Origin: Thermodesulfobacteriota bacterium
Lineage (GTDB): Bacteria > Desulfobacterota > Desulfobacteria > Desulfobacterales > C00003060
NCBI GenBank assembly: GCA_034189385.1
Contig: JAXHVD010000018.1
Coordinates: 1 to 64,000, forward strand
Length of the DNA stretch: 64,000 nt
Reading direction: 5' to 3'
Each line of letters opens with the position of its first letter. The stretch's first letter is position 1. The translations under genes were made by a program, and so were the position numbers. The notes beneath the pieces were generated by a model, which saw only the letters and a program-made list of their open reading frames with translations, was not told the origin of the DNA and ran no database searches. Shown piece after piece: positions 47,400 to 57,162 of the stretch.

Positions 47400-48971
47400 C
47401 TAAAGGTGCGTCTTGCGAACGGTCGTCCTCACCAAATCAACGACCGCACCGAGTTCTCGGCATTTGAAAAGGTATGCGCATCCGCCATAAAGGGCCACGC
47501 CGGCCACAACACTGGCTAGGACCCACGCCAAAAGGTGCCATGACTGGCCACACTTGGGGGCCGCCCACACGGCCCCTGCGGCGACAGCGCCCCCCATGAC
47601 CACTGCCGAGGCCGTGGCCCTGAGCACCGACCCGACCATATCACGAGCACTTATTCCGCCCAAACGTTTTCTTAAAGCCCTGGCAAGCAGCACCAGGTTC
47701 ACCATCGAGGCCAAAGACGTGGCCAGGGCCAATCCACCATGACGCATAGGCCCCATCAGCACCACACTTAAGGCAATGTTCACCAGGAGTGAGACGACCG
47801 CTATCTTTACCGGCGTCTTGGTATCCTGAAGGGCATAGAATGCTGCGATGACGATGCGCGCGCCCGAAAAGGCCCACAGGCCCAAGGCATAATAGACGAG
47901 CGCCTCTGCCGTCCCTTGGGTCGTGACTTCATCAAAGGCCCCCCTTTCAAAAAGGAGCTCCACAATAGGGTCCCTCAGAATGATGAGCCCCGTCATGGCT
48001 GGAATGGAAATGAAAAAGACCAACTTCAGGGCATAGGTATAGGAGGCGCGGAGCCCATCCATGTCCTGGACCGCCGCCTGCCTGGAAAGGCTGGGTAGCA
48101 CTGCTGTGGCAAGGGCAATGGCAAAGACACCAAGGGGAAACTGCACCAAGCGATCGGCATAATAGAGATAGGACACACTGCCTTCTGGAAGGAGTGATGC
48201 GAGAAATCTCCCCACAATGATATTTGTCTGATAGACTGCAGCCCCAAAAACAGCGGGCGTCATGAGCAGGGCTATCCGTTTGATGGCCACATGGTACAAT
48301 GGGCTCCGCATCAAAATATGAAAACCCTTTCGGATCATCACGACGATTTGAAGGGCCAATTGCAACCCCCCTCCGATGATCACACCGATGGCAAGACCTG
48401 CCGCCGGTTTTTTCAGGTGGGGCGAAATGAAAAACAATGATCCGATCATGGCTACGTTCAGCAGGACGGGAGCCAAGGCCGGGGCGGCAAAATGCCCCAG
48501 AGCATTCAGAATGCCCATGGCCAGGGCCACCAGGCAGATGAAAAAGACGTAGGGAAACATGATCCGCATCAACAACACCGTCAAATCAAACTTCTCAAGG
48601 GACCCATAAAAACCGGGGGCCACGATCCTAACGATCAAGGGCGACAGGAGAATCCCCAGCGCGGTCACCAAGACCAGAATGAGGGCCAGGAGCCACCAGG
48701 CAGATCTGGCCAACTTGAATGCTTCCTCCCGGCCATGCCTCTGGAGGTATTCCGTGAAGACGGGGATGAAAGAAATGGTAAGCGAGCCTTCTGCAAAGAG
48801 ACGCCGCAAGAGGTTGGGGATGGTGAAGGCCATGAAAAAGGCATCTGCGGCAAGCCCGGCACCAAAGAACCAGGCCACTGCCACATCTCGAAGGAATCCG
48901 AGGATACGGCTTACGAGGGTGGCCGCCCCCACAATGCCGGCGGCCTTTGTCATGCGAGCAGTTTCAGACAT
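47400..48971 (-). CDS. murJ: Lipid II flippase MurJ (MviN)
   Basis: SRILGFLRD, PNLLRRLFAEG, YADRLVQFPLGVF, FYALQDTKTP. Confidence 0.97.
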   Translation of the reverse strand: MSETARMTKAAGIVGAATLVSRILGFLRDVAVAWFFGAGLAADAFFMAFTIPNLLRRLFAEGSLTISFIPVFTEYLQRHGREEAFKLARSAWWLLALILVLVTALGILLSPLIVRIVAPGFYGSLEKFDLTVLLMRIMFPYVFFICLVALAMGILNALGHFAAPALAPVLLNVAMIGSLFFISPHLKKPAAGLAIGVIIGGGLQLALQIVVMIRKGFHILMRSPLYHVAIKRIALLMTPAVFGAAVYQTNIIVGRFLASLLPEGSVSYLYYADRLVQFPLGVFAIALATAVLPSLSRQAAVQDMDGLRASYTYALKLVFFISIPAMTGLIILRDPIVELLFERGAFDEVTTQGTAEALVYYALGLWAFSGARIVIAAFYALQDTKTPVKIAVVSLLVNIALSVVLMGPMRHGGLALATSLASMVNLVLLARALRKRLGGISARDMVGSVLRATASAVVMGGAVAAGAVWAAPKCGQSWHLLAWVLASVVAGVALYGGCAYLFKCRELGAVVDLVRTTVRKTHL

Positions 48972-49114
48972 GAAAAACAGTGGTCAAAAGTTCACCGCAA
49001 CAACCGGATACGCCCCACAGAAAGACAGGGCAAGAAAAAATAGCGCTTGACAAGTCTTCGTCAGAAACCTAAATATACAAGGTTAAACGAAAGCTAGAAA
49101 GGAGCAACATAACC

Positions 49115-49381
49115 TTGGCAACACACAAATCGGCCATCAAGCGGGCCCGGCAGAACCTAGTCAGGAACCTTCGGAACAAATCAAATCGGACACGGGTGAA
49201 GAACGTCATTAAGGACGTGAGAGGCGCTATCAAGGAGAAGTCACCAGAAAAGGCCAGGGCCGCGCTGCTGGTGGCCATCCCCGTCATTGACAAGGCAGCC
49301 AAACAGGGCGCCATCCATCGCAAGAATGCTTCCCGAAAAATATCCCGCCTTGCCAGGCAAGTAAACGCCATTACAGCATAA
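49115..49381 (+). CDS. rpsT: 30S ribosomal protein S20
   Basis: HKSAIKRARQN...IHRKNASRKISRL; TTG start. Confidence 0.97.
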   Translation: MATHKSAIKRARQNLVRNLRNKSNRTRVKNVIKDVRGAIKEKSPEKARAALLVAIPVIDKAAKQGAIHRKNASRKISRLARQVNAITA

Positions 49382-49410
49382 TTTGGCTATTTACAGGTGG
49401 CTGCCCCCCG

Positions 49411-49956
49411 TTAGAAATCCTGAAGGACCCGGTTATGAACCTTCTCGGCCAAGCGTTCTGACAAGGCCTCAATAGCCCTTCGCCTGTTTCCCTCTGTGGT
49501 CAACTTGTCTAAAGAAACCTGGTACTCTTCCCGGTCCGACAAGGCGCGGTCCGACCATAGGACCTCGCCATTGGCCCCTGTCAGGGCTAAATCAAGGGTG
49601 ATGGTGACACGACGCTCGCTAGAGTCGTAGTCTGCAGTGTGGGAAATGGTGTCTACGTTCAACGACACAATCGTGCCGCTTAAGACGGCATCGGCACCGT
49701 CCGGGCCGGCCACTTGGAGTACCTTGCTTCTGGTAAACTCATAGAGGAAATCATTGGTAAATACCACTTCAATCCCCGACTCCAAGGTCCGGTTTTCCAG
49801 CATCCTTACGCTAATGGTATGGACGCCCGCAGGCGCTTTCAGGCCGCCCTTGAACTGGTACCCACAGCCACCTTGGACAGAGAACATGACCAGGGCCAGA
49901 AGAACCGTCCCTATTTGCCTAAAAGGCAGACTCTTTTTTTGATCATCACACCCCAT
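49411..49956 (-). CDS. lptE: LPS-assembly lipoprotein LptE family
   Basis: GGCGYQF lipobox; lies downstream of leuS. Confidence 0.8.
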   Translation of the reverse strand: MGCDDQKKSLPFRQIGTVLLALVMFSVQGGCGYQFKGGLKAPAGVHTISVRMLENRTLESGIEVVFTNDFLYEFTRSKVLQVAGPDGADAVLSGTIVSLNVDTISHTADYDSSERRVTITLDLALTGANGEVLWSDRALSDREEYQVSLDKLTTEGNRRRAIEALSERLAEKVHNRVLQDF

Positions 49957-50001
49957 TTTGGTCCATCGTCCCTGAGCGAAACAGCGCAGCCAAGCGCCCG
50001 T

Positions 50002-52593
50002 CTAGACCACAATGTTCACAAGCTTGTTTTGCACCACAATGAGTTTCTTGACCGGCCTGCCGGCCAGCCGGGCCACCACCCTCTCATCGGCAAGGGCCGC
50101 GGCCTTTATCCTTTCCTCATCCGTATCTGCCGACACCTGAAACCGGCTCCGCACCTTTCCGTTCACCTGCACCACGATCAGTATCTGGTCTTCCTCAATG
50201 GCCTCTTGCCTGTAAGTGGGCCAAAACACTTCCAGGACGCTCCCAGTGTGACCCAAGGCCTCCCACAACTCATCGGCAAAGTGCGGCACAAGGGGAGAAA
50301 GCAACACCACCGTGGTTTCTAGGGAAAACCGCAAAACAGCACATCCGGTGGCATCAGAGCAAAGGTCCACTCTCAGGGCCTGTATGGTGTTCACCAATTC
50401 CATGACGGCACTGATGGCCGTGTTAAAGTGAAACCTGGTGTCAATATCCGTTGTGACCCGTTTGATGGTCTGGTGGGTCTTTCTATAGAGGTCCTTTGAC
50501 TCACCGTCAAGCTCCTGCCCCCCGTCATAGGGCTCTATCCCCTTTAGAACCTCCACGTGATCGGACACCAGTCGCCACACCTTATTCAGAAATCGGTAGG
50601 CACCTTCCACCCCTTGATCGCTCCAGTCCAGGTCTCTTTCCGGAGGCGCGGCAAAAAGGCAGAAGAGTCTCAAGGTATCGGCCCCATACTTCTCCATGAG
50701 GAGATTGGGGTCCACCACGTTCTTCTTTGACTTGGACATCTTCTCGATCCGGCCCACCTCAACGGGACGGCCGCAATGCTTGCACGTGGGGCGCCCTTCT
50801 CTCTGAACGACCTCTTCAGGATACAAGAAACCGTGGTCAGGACATTTCTTGGTCTCCTTGCAGACCATGCCCTGGGTCAACAGTCGGGTAAAAGGCTCCT
50901 TGTAGTCAACAAGGCCGAAGTCCTTGAGCACCCGTGTAAAATAGCGTGAATACAGGAGGTGCAGGATGGCGTGTTCCACGCCGCCGATGTACTGATCCAC
51001 CGGCATCCAATACCGCACCGCCTCTTTGTCAAACATCCCCTCTACGTGGCGGGGACTGCAATAGCGCTCAAAATACCAGGAAGACTCCACAAAGGTGTCC
51101 ATGGTGTCCGTCTCCCGACGGGCCCGGGCGTTGCCGCACCTGGGGCACTGTGTCGTCAAAAAGCTTTCCAGGGTGGGAAGGGGAGATCTTCCGCCTTCCA
51201 ACATATGTGTCTCTTCAGGCAGTACGACCGGAAGATCCTTCTCCGGAACGGGCACCACCCCGCAGGTCTCGCAATAGACGACAGGGATGGGGGCGCCCCA
51301 GTATCGTTGACGGGAAATACCCCAGTCTCTGAGCCTGAAATTGATCGCCCTCTTGCCAAGCTCTTTGTCTTGCAGGTAATCGGCAATGGCGTCTAAGGCC
51401 TTCACGTTTTTCAAGCCGTCAAAGGGGGGGGATCGGACCAACAAGCCTTCTCCCACATATGCTTCCGTCATGGTCTCTGGGTCGAGCGTGGCCCCCTCCG
51501 GCTGAATCACCACCACGATCTCCAAGTCGTATTTCCGGGCAAACTCGAAATCACGCTGATCATGGGCTGGCACGGCCATGACCGCACCTGTTCCGTATTC
51601 CATGAGTGCGAAGTTGGCCGTAAAAATCGGCATCCGCCTTTTCGTGAACGGGTTGATGCAATACGTCCCGATGAACACGCCTTCTTTTTCATAATCCTCA
51701 GAGGTACGTTTGGCTTTGTCTTGGCGGGCCATGCGCTCAACAAAGGCGCGCACTTCAGCCTCTTGAGGCGTCCCAGCGGAAAGCTTCAACACCATGGGAT
51801 GCTCAGGGGCCATGCACATGAAGGTAGCACCGTAAACCGTGTCCTGACGGGTGGTGAACACGGAAATGTGGTCCCCGCTCTTTTCCAAGGGAAAGTAGAT
51901 TTCAGCGCCCACACTCTTTCCGATCCAGTTTTTCTGCATGGTCACGACCTTGTCGGGCCACCCTGGAAGGTTGTCACAATACTCTAGCAGGTCATCAGCA
52001 TAGTCAGTGATGCGAAAAAACCACTGGTCCAACTCCTTCTGGACCACCACGTTGCCGCAGCGCCAGCAGAGACCGGCCTCGACCTGCTCATTGGCAAGGA
52101 CGGTCTGACAGTCCTGGCACCAGTTCACGGAAGACCTTTTCCTATACACCATCCCTCTTTCAAGCATCTTCACAAAAAGCCACTGTTCCCAGTGGTAATA
52201 TTGAGGCTGGCACGTGGCCAATTCTCGGTCCCAGTCATAGCTGAAGCCCAAGCGCTTGAGCTGGGATTTCATCGTTTCTATGTTCTCATAGGTCCACTTG
52301 GCAGGATGGACACTGTGGGCAATGGCCGCATTTTCTGCCGGCATCCCAAAGGCATCCCATCCCATGGGATGGAGAACATTGCACCCTTTCATCCGTTTGT
52401 ATCGAGCCACCACGTCTCCGATGGTGTAATTGCGCACATGGCCCATATGGATATTACCCGAGGGGTAGGGAAACATCTCAAGGAGATAGTATTTCTCCTT
52501 GTCTGGATCTTCTCGCACCTGGAACAGTTGTCTCTCTTGCCAAATGTCCTGCCACTTCAGTTCTATCTGCTTGGGATCGTATTTTGTCTCCAT
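50002..52593 (-). CDS. leuS: Leucine--tRNA ligase
   Basis: [41 protein letters not shown]. Confidence 0.99.
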   Translation of the reverse strand: METKYDPKQIELKWQDIWQERQLFQVREDPDKEKYYLLEMFPYPSGNIHMGHVRNYTIGDVVARYKRMKGCNVLHPMGWDAFGMPAENAAIAHSVHPAKWTYENIETMKSQLKRLGFSYDWDRELATCQPQYYHWEQWLFVKMLERGMVYRKRSSVNWCQDCQTVLANEQVEAGLCWRCGNVVVQKELDQWFFRITDYADDLLEYCDNLPGWPDKVVTMQKNWIGKSVGAEIYFPLEKSGDHISVFTTRQDTVYGATFMCMAPEHPMVLKLSAGTPQEAEVRAFVERMARQDKAKRTSEDYEKEGVFIGTYCINPFTKRRMPIFTANFALMEYGTGAVMAVPAHDQRDFEFARKYDLEIVVVIQPEGATLDPETMTEAYVGEGLLVRSPPFDGLKNVKALDAIADYLQDKELGKRAINFRLRDWGISRQRYWGAPIPVVYCETCGVVPVPEKDLPVVLPEETHMLEGGRSPLPTLESFLTTQCPRCGNARARRETDTMDTFVESSWYFERYCSPRHVEGMFDKEAVRYWMPVDQYIGGVEHAILHLLYSRYFTRVLKDFGLVDYKEPFTRLLTQGMVCKETKKCPDHGFLYPEEVVQREGRPTCKHCGRPVEVGRIEKMSKSKKNVVDPNLLMEKYGADTLRLFCLFAAPPERDLDWSDQGVEGAYRFLNKVWRLVSDHVEVLKGIEPYDGGQELDGESKDLYRKTHQTIKRVTTDIDTRFHFNTAISAVMELVNTIQALRVDLCSDATGCAVLRFSLETTVVLLSPLVPHFADELWEALGHTGSVLEVFWPTYRQEAIEEDQILIVVQVNGKVRSRFQVSADTDEERIKAAALADERVVARLAGRPVKKLIVVQNKLVNIVV

Positions 52594-52659
52594 TGTCCCC
52601 TCGTCTTCCAGTAGATTCCGATCATGTAAAAATAGCTGTCCTTAAAGCCCTCAAAGGGC

Positions 52660-52800
52660 GAGACCTTTGCAAAAGTCTTTTGAACGTTCCTTGCGGGCTT
52701 TTTAGGATTGCCGTTCCCGACTCCGTCGGGATGAGCGGTCCGCCCTGGCGGATCAAGCGGCCCACAGGACCAAAGTAGGAATGGGTCGTGCAAAGGTCTC
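52660..52800. mobile_element. 141-bp MITE-like element with 12-bp perfect terminal IRs
   Basis: GAGACCTTTGCA...TGCAAAGGTCTC flanked by AGGGC direct repeats (52655-52659, 52801-52805); internal hairpins. Confidence 0.7.
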
Positions 52801-52850
52801 AGGGCCATGCACGAAAATATGCAGCTCCCCATTCTGCACCCGGCTGTGGG

Positions 52851-53651
52851 CTACATGGCAACGGCACGGGAGTCAAAGACCGGCCCGTCTGTGCAAACAT
52901 GAAGGTAGGCTCCCGGGTTCCCTGCCCTTTCCACGGCACACCCCAGGCAGGCCCCGAAGCCGCAAGCCATGACCGACTCTAGCGAAATCTGACACCTCAC
53001 ATCATGGGCTACCCCTAGGTCACGAACCGCCTTGAGCATGGCCTGGGGCCCGCAAGCATAGATGACATCCGGTTTTCCATTATCCTTGAGGACATTTTCC
53101 ACCATGGAGGTGACCAGACCCTTTTCCCCCAGGCTGCAGTCTTCTGTGGTGACCCATATCTTGGCACCCATAGACTCGAATTCCTCTCGACATAGGATGT
53201 CTGCGGCAGAGCAGCCGCCCAAGAACACCGTGGACCTGCTCCTGCCCATCTTCTGAAGGTAAAGGCCCAGATAATAGAGACCGGCCACGCCAACCCCCCC
53301 GGCCACCAGATAGGCATGGCGGACCTCCTGAGGAAAAGAGAAGCCATTTCCAAGAGGGCCTAAGACGTCCAACTCGTCGTCGGGTTCCATTTCAGACATG
53401 GCCCCTGTGCCTTGGCCCACGACCTTGTACAGAAGCTCGAAGCCCTGCACCTGACCGTCTTCCAGAATCGGACAGTGCACAGAGAAGGGCCTGCGCAAGA
53501 GTGGAAGAAGCCTTTCATTTGGCTTAACCATCACAAACTGTCCCGGCCGGGCCTTTTCGGCCAACTCGGGAAATGCCAGGCCCATCTTGAAATAGACTGG
53601 CCCCACTTGTAGGTTGTATAGAATCGGCACCCTTTTCTGAAAAAGATTCAT
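52851..53651 (-). CDS. pyrK: Dihydroorotate dehydrogenase electron transfer subunit
   Basis: PGQFVM, LRRPFS, GPLGNGF, ACGP, MACGFGACLGC, VCTDGPVF. Confidence 0.93.
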   Translation of the reverse strand: MNLFQKRVPILYNLQVGPVYFKMGLAFPELAEKARPGQFVMVKPNERLLPLLRRPFSVHCPILEDGQVQGFELLYKVVGQGTGAMSEMEPDDELDVLGPLGNGFSFPQEVRHAYLVAGGVGVAGLYYLGLYLQKMGRSRSTVFLGGCSAADILCREEFESMGAKIWVTTEDCSLGEKGLVTSMVENVLKDNGKPDVIYACGPQAMLKAVRDLGVAHDVRCQISLESVMACGFGACLGCAVERAGNPGAYLHVCTDGPVFDSRAVAM

Positions 53652-53731
53652 AAGGTTTTCGCTGTCTTGACAAGAGCCTTCGATTTTCTTAGATTCTCAC
53701 AGTCCAATGTCGCCTTGAGTTTTTTTTAACC

Positions 53732-53953
53732 ATGAATCCTTTGTCCGGTCTGGGAAAAGTTCTCATTGTCACGGGGCTGGTGATGGTAGGCCTCGGCATA
53801 TTCATGATCCTTGCGCCAAAGGTGCCGTGGCTTGGGAAACTGCCCGGCGACATCCTGGTGAAAAAAGAAAATTTACGCATTTACTTCCCCATCACCACCT
53901 GCATCATCATCAGCCTTGTCTTGACCATCCTTTTTTACCTCTTTAAGAGGTAG
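53732..53953 (+). CDS. DUF2905 family membrane protein
   Basis: LGKLPGDI....N..IYFPITTCIIIS. Confidence 0.88.
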   Translation: MNPLSGLGKVLIVTGLVMVGLGIFMILAPKVPWLGKLPGDILVKKENLRIYFPITTCIIISLVLTILFYLFKR

Positions 53954-54017
53954 CCACTGTGGCCAACTGGGCCGACAGGTCGTCTCCAAGGCACCCTGGC
54001 TAGCCTTGGAAGTCTGT

Positions 54018-54512
54018 TCAGCCATTCTCTTTCCCGCCAAAATTGGCCAGAATCGTCTCAATGACCTTGGTAGTAGAGGCCCCTGCCGTCAATGGAACGC
54101 GGACCACCCGCCCTCCGGCTGCCTCCACCACATCTCTTCCCACAATAGCGTCCTCTGCCCAGTCCGCACCCTTGACCAGGACATCGGGCACGATGGTCCG
54201 GATGGTTGTCAAGGGGTCCCGTTCCTCAAAGATCGTCACCACGTCGACACAGGTCAAGGCCGCCAAGACTTCGGCTCGCTCATTTTCAGGCACCACCGGA
54301 CGGTTCGGCCCCTTGATCTTGCGAACGGAGCTGTCAGAATTGAGCCCCACCACCAGGATGTCCCCCTGGGCCCTGGCGGACTCCAAATACTGGACATGCC
54401 CGATGTGCAGCAGATCAAAGCACCCGTTGGTGAAGACAATGGTCTTGCCCGCTTTTTTCAGGGCTTGGGCCATCCCTTTGAGGTCCCCTCTTCCAACGAT
54501 CTTCTCAGACAT
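54018..54512 (-). CDS. rfaE2: D-glycero-beta-D-manno-heptose 1-phosphate adenylyltransferase
   Basis: VFTNGCFDLLHIGH, GLNSDSSV, KGPNRP, LVKGADW, STT. Confidence 0.93.
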   Translation of the reverse strand: MSEKIVGRGDLKGMAQALKKAGKTIVFTNGCFDLLHIGHVQYLESARAQGDILVVGLNSDSSVRKIKGPNRPVVPENERAEVLAALTCVDVVTIFEERDPLTTIRTIVPDVLVKGADWAEDAIVGRDVVEAAGGRVVRVPLTAGASTTKVIETILANFGGKENG

Positions 54513-55287
54513 AGGCCTCAGGTACCCGATCCCGCAGGCAGGGGATATGCTTTCTGGTTCTTTCCAGCACAGAGAGATCAATGGTAGCAAAAAGAGTGGC
54601 TGGACGCCTTCCAGCCCTAGCCATGACCTCGCCGTAGGGCGATAGGATGCGTGAATGACCGGCATAGGCCAGGGCCTCGTCCCTGCCGCATCGGTTTGCC
54701 CCCAGGACAAAAACCTGGTTTTCAATGGCCCGCCCCCTGAGAAGGACCTGCCAATGGACCACCCTTTCGGTCGGCCACTGGGCCATGACGGCCAGTATGT
54801 TGGCACCCTGCAGTACAAGAGAGCGACTCAACTCTGGAAATCTCAGGTCATAGCATATGACCAAGCCAACAGGACCAAGAGAGGTCTGGGTGACGACAGC
54901 CTCGTGGCCTGCTACAAAATAGCGGTCTTCGCCCGTTAGGGTAAAAAGATGGACCTTTCGATAGGCATCTGTGATCGATCCGTCCCTGTCCACCACGTAA
55001 GCGGTATTGTAGACCCTGTCTTTCGCCTTTTCAGGCAGGGAACCAATGGTCGTCACCTGGAGTTCTCTTGACACCTTTGACAGCTCATCAAGGATCCCAG
55101 GTGTGGACCCGGCCAGCTCCCTCAGCCGGTCATTCGCAAAGCCAGTGGCCCACATCTCCGGCAGGAGAATGAGCTGGACGCCCTTCTGGACAAGGGACGT
55201 GATCCGCCTTTTCACAGTGGCCACATTCCGGTCAAGGTCACCTAGGCGAACATCGTACTGTATCACTGCAGCCTTAAAACGCCTCAC
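54505..55287 (-). CDS. Carbon-nitrogen hydrolase (nitrilase superfamily)
   Basis: LPEMW, YRKVHLF, ICYDLRFPE, RAIENQ. Confidence 0.93.
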   Translation of the reverse strand: MRRFKAAVIQYDVRLGDLDRNVATVKRRITSLVQKGVQLILLPEMWATGFANDRLRELAGSTPGILDELSKVSRELQVTTIGSLPEKAKDRVYNTAYVVDRDGSITDAYRKVHLFTLTGEDRYFVAGHEAVVTQTSLGPVGLVICYDLRFPELSRSLVLQGANILAVMAQWPTERVVHWQVLLRGRAIENQVFVLGANRCGRDEALAYAGHSRILSPYGEVMARAGRRPATLFATIDLSVLERTRKHIPCLRDRVPEAYV

Positions 55288-55777
55288 TGAAGCCCCCTAG
55301 AGACCTTGTTTGATTTTCTGATCCATTAGACCTATGCCATACAGAAGGCAAGCCATGCAATCCGGCGTGGCCACCTTACCCACTTGCCCCATCTCCAATG
55401 TCCCCCTTTCCCCCTGGCCTGCTTCTCCGGTCCCTTATTCTAACTGAACAAGATTACAGATGATACCACCGTGGGAGATGTCGCTTGATAGCACAGCTTG
55501 CAGTTTGCATCAAGGTTCTTGCCGCCACAAACGCCGGGCTCTTCTGGCAGGAAAGGTCTGGCCTTGATAAACAAAGGCTTTGAATCACAGTATGTTGCAC
55601 CGCCCCGGCCGTTGACACAACACAGCATTTCTTCTATACTGGATGCCATCGAAAAGGATATGGTGTAAAAGAAAAAGCTCCGTGATGCACAACTGGAACG
55701 CCCGCTAAGGGCGTTCTCCCTTCTTGGACCATTTGAGGAGATCTTTGTTCAGATCCGTTTTCATGGGGAGGAAATCC

Positions 55778-57127
55778 ATGGGGAGACTATTTGGGACCGA
55801 CGGCATTAGGGGAGAAGCCAACCGCTATCCCATGGACGCCGCCATGGCCTTTTCTGTAGGTCAGGCCGTCACCCACTTCTTTGGAAAACAAGGACACCGT
55901 AGCCGGGTTGTCATAGGCAAAGACACACGCATTTCCGGCTACATGCTTGAAAGCTCCCTGGAGGCAGGGATCACCTCTATGGGCGGTGATCCCTACCTGG
56001 TGCGTGTGCTGCCGACTCCGGGCATTGCCTTCATCACCCAAAGCATGCGCGCAGACGCCGGCATTGTGATCTCCGCGTCGCACAACCCCTACCAGGACAA
56101 CGGCATCAAGATCTTCGCAGGAAGCGGTTTCAAACTCTCTGACGATCAGGAAGAGGCCATAGAAGGCCTCATCTTGGAAGCCAGACTGCCGGAGATGACC
56201 CCCCCTGCCAAGGAGATGGGCCGAGCATACCGGGTGGACGATGTCAAGGGGCGCTATATCGCCTTTCTCAAGAACACCTTCCCTCGAGACCTGTCAATGG
56301 AGGGGATGAAAATCGTCATGGACACGGCAAATGGCGCCACCTATAAAGTGGCGCCAAAAGTGTTTGCCGAACTTGGAGCCGATCTTGAAGTGATCCACAA
56401 CAGGCCTGACGGGATCAACATCAATGACAACTGCGGATCTGAACACACGCAAGATCTGGAAAAAGAGGTGCTCAACAGCCAGGCGGCCATCGGGCTCGCC
56501 TTTGATGGTGATGGGGACCGCTTGATCGCTATAGATGAAAAGGGGCGCAGGATAACGGGCGATCAGATCCTGATCATTTGTGCCAAGGTGCTCAAGGAAA
56601 GGGGCCAATTGAAAAATGATCTGCTGGTCAGCACCGTCATGAGCAATCTTGGCTTGACCATGGCCTGTAAGAGACTCGGCTTCAGACACCATGCCGCCCA
56701 GGTGGGCGACCGACATGTCCTAAGAGACATGCAACGGCTCGGCGCGGTCATCGGCGGAGAGGATTCCGGCCACATGCTCTTTCTGAATCACCACACCACA
56801 GGCGACGGCATCCTCACTGCCATGCAGCTGATTGCCTCCATGATACAAGAGGGCAAGCCCCTTTCCGAGCTAGCTGCCATCATGGAGGTCTACCCCCAGA
56901 GGCTCGTCAACGTGGGAGTGAAGAGCAAGCCGGCCATCTCCACGTTACCTGGGGTCATGGGGGCCATCGAACAGGCGGAAAGGGAACTAGGGGACCAGGG
57001 CCGTGTATTGGTCCGCTATTCTGGCACCCAGCATATCTGCCGCGTCATGGTCGAAGGGCCGACTGATGATCTCACCGAGAAGTATTGTCAGGCAATCGCC
57101 AAGGCCGTCAGGGCATCTGTAGGCTGA
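55778..57127 (+). CDS. glmM: Phosphoglucosamine mutase
   Basis: LFGTDGIRG, ISASHNP, FDGDGDR, GGEDSGH, VRYSGT. Confidence 0.96.
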   Translation: MGRLFGTDGIRGEANRYPMDAAMAFSVGQAVTHFFGKQGHRSRVVIGKDTRISGYMLESSLEAGITSMGGDPYLVRVLPTPGIAFITQSMRADAGIVISASHNPYQDNGIKIFAGSGFKLSDDQEEAIEGLILEARLPEMTPPAKEMGRAYRVDDVKGRYIAFLKNTFPRDLSMEGMKIVMDTANGATYKVAPKVFAELGADLEVIHNRPDGININDNCGSEHTQDLEKEVLNSQAAIGLAFDGDGDRLIAIDEKGRRITGDQILIICAKVLKERGQLKNDLLVSTVMSNLGLTMACKRLGFRHHAAQVGDRHVLRDMQRLGAVIGGEDSGHMLFLNHHTTGDGILTAMQLIASMIQEGKPLSELAAIMEVYPQRLVNVGVKSKPAISTLPGVMGAIEQAERELGDQGRVLVRYSGTQHICRVMVEGPTDDLTEKYCQAIAKAVRASVG

Positions 57128-57162
57128 CCCGGAACCCGCCAAGAACACTCTCCCAATTCACA

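Noticed and set aside
48492..49050. Plus-strand ORFs of 183 and 123 aa
   Set aside because: Antisense shadows of murJ; the same applies to most short ORFs overlapping core genes.
54513..54818. N-terminal extension of rfaE2 in the ORF track
   Set aside because: Overlaps the nitrilase gene in another frame; homology starts at Met 54512.
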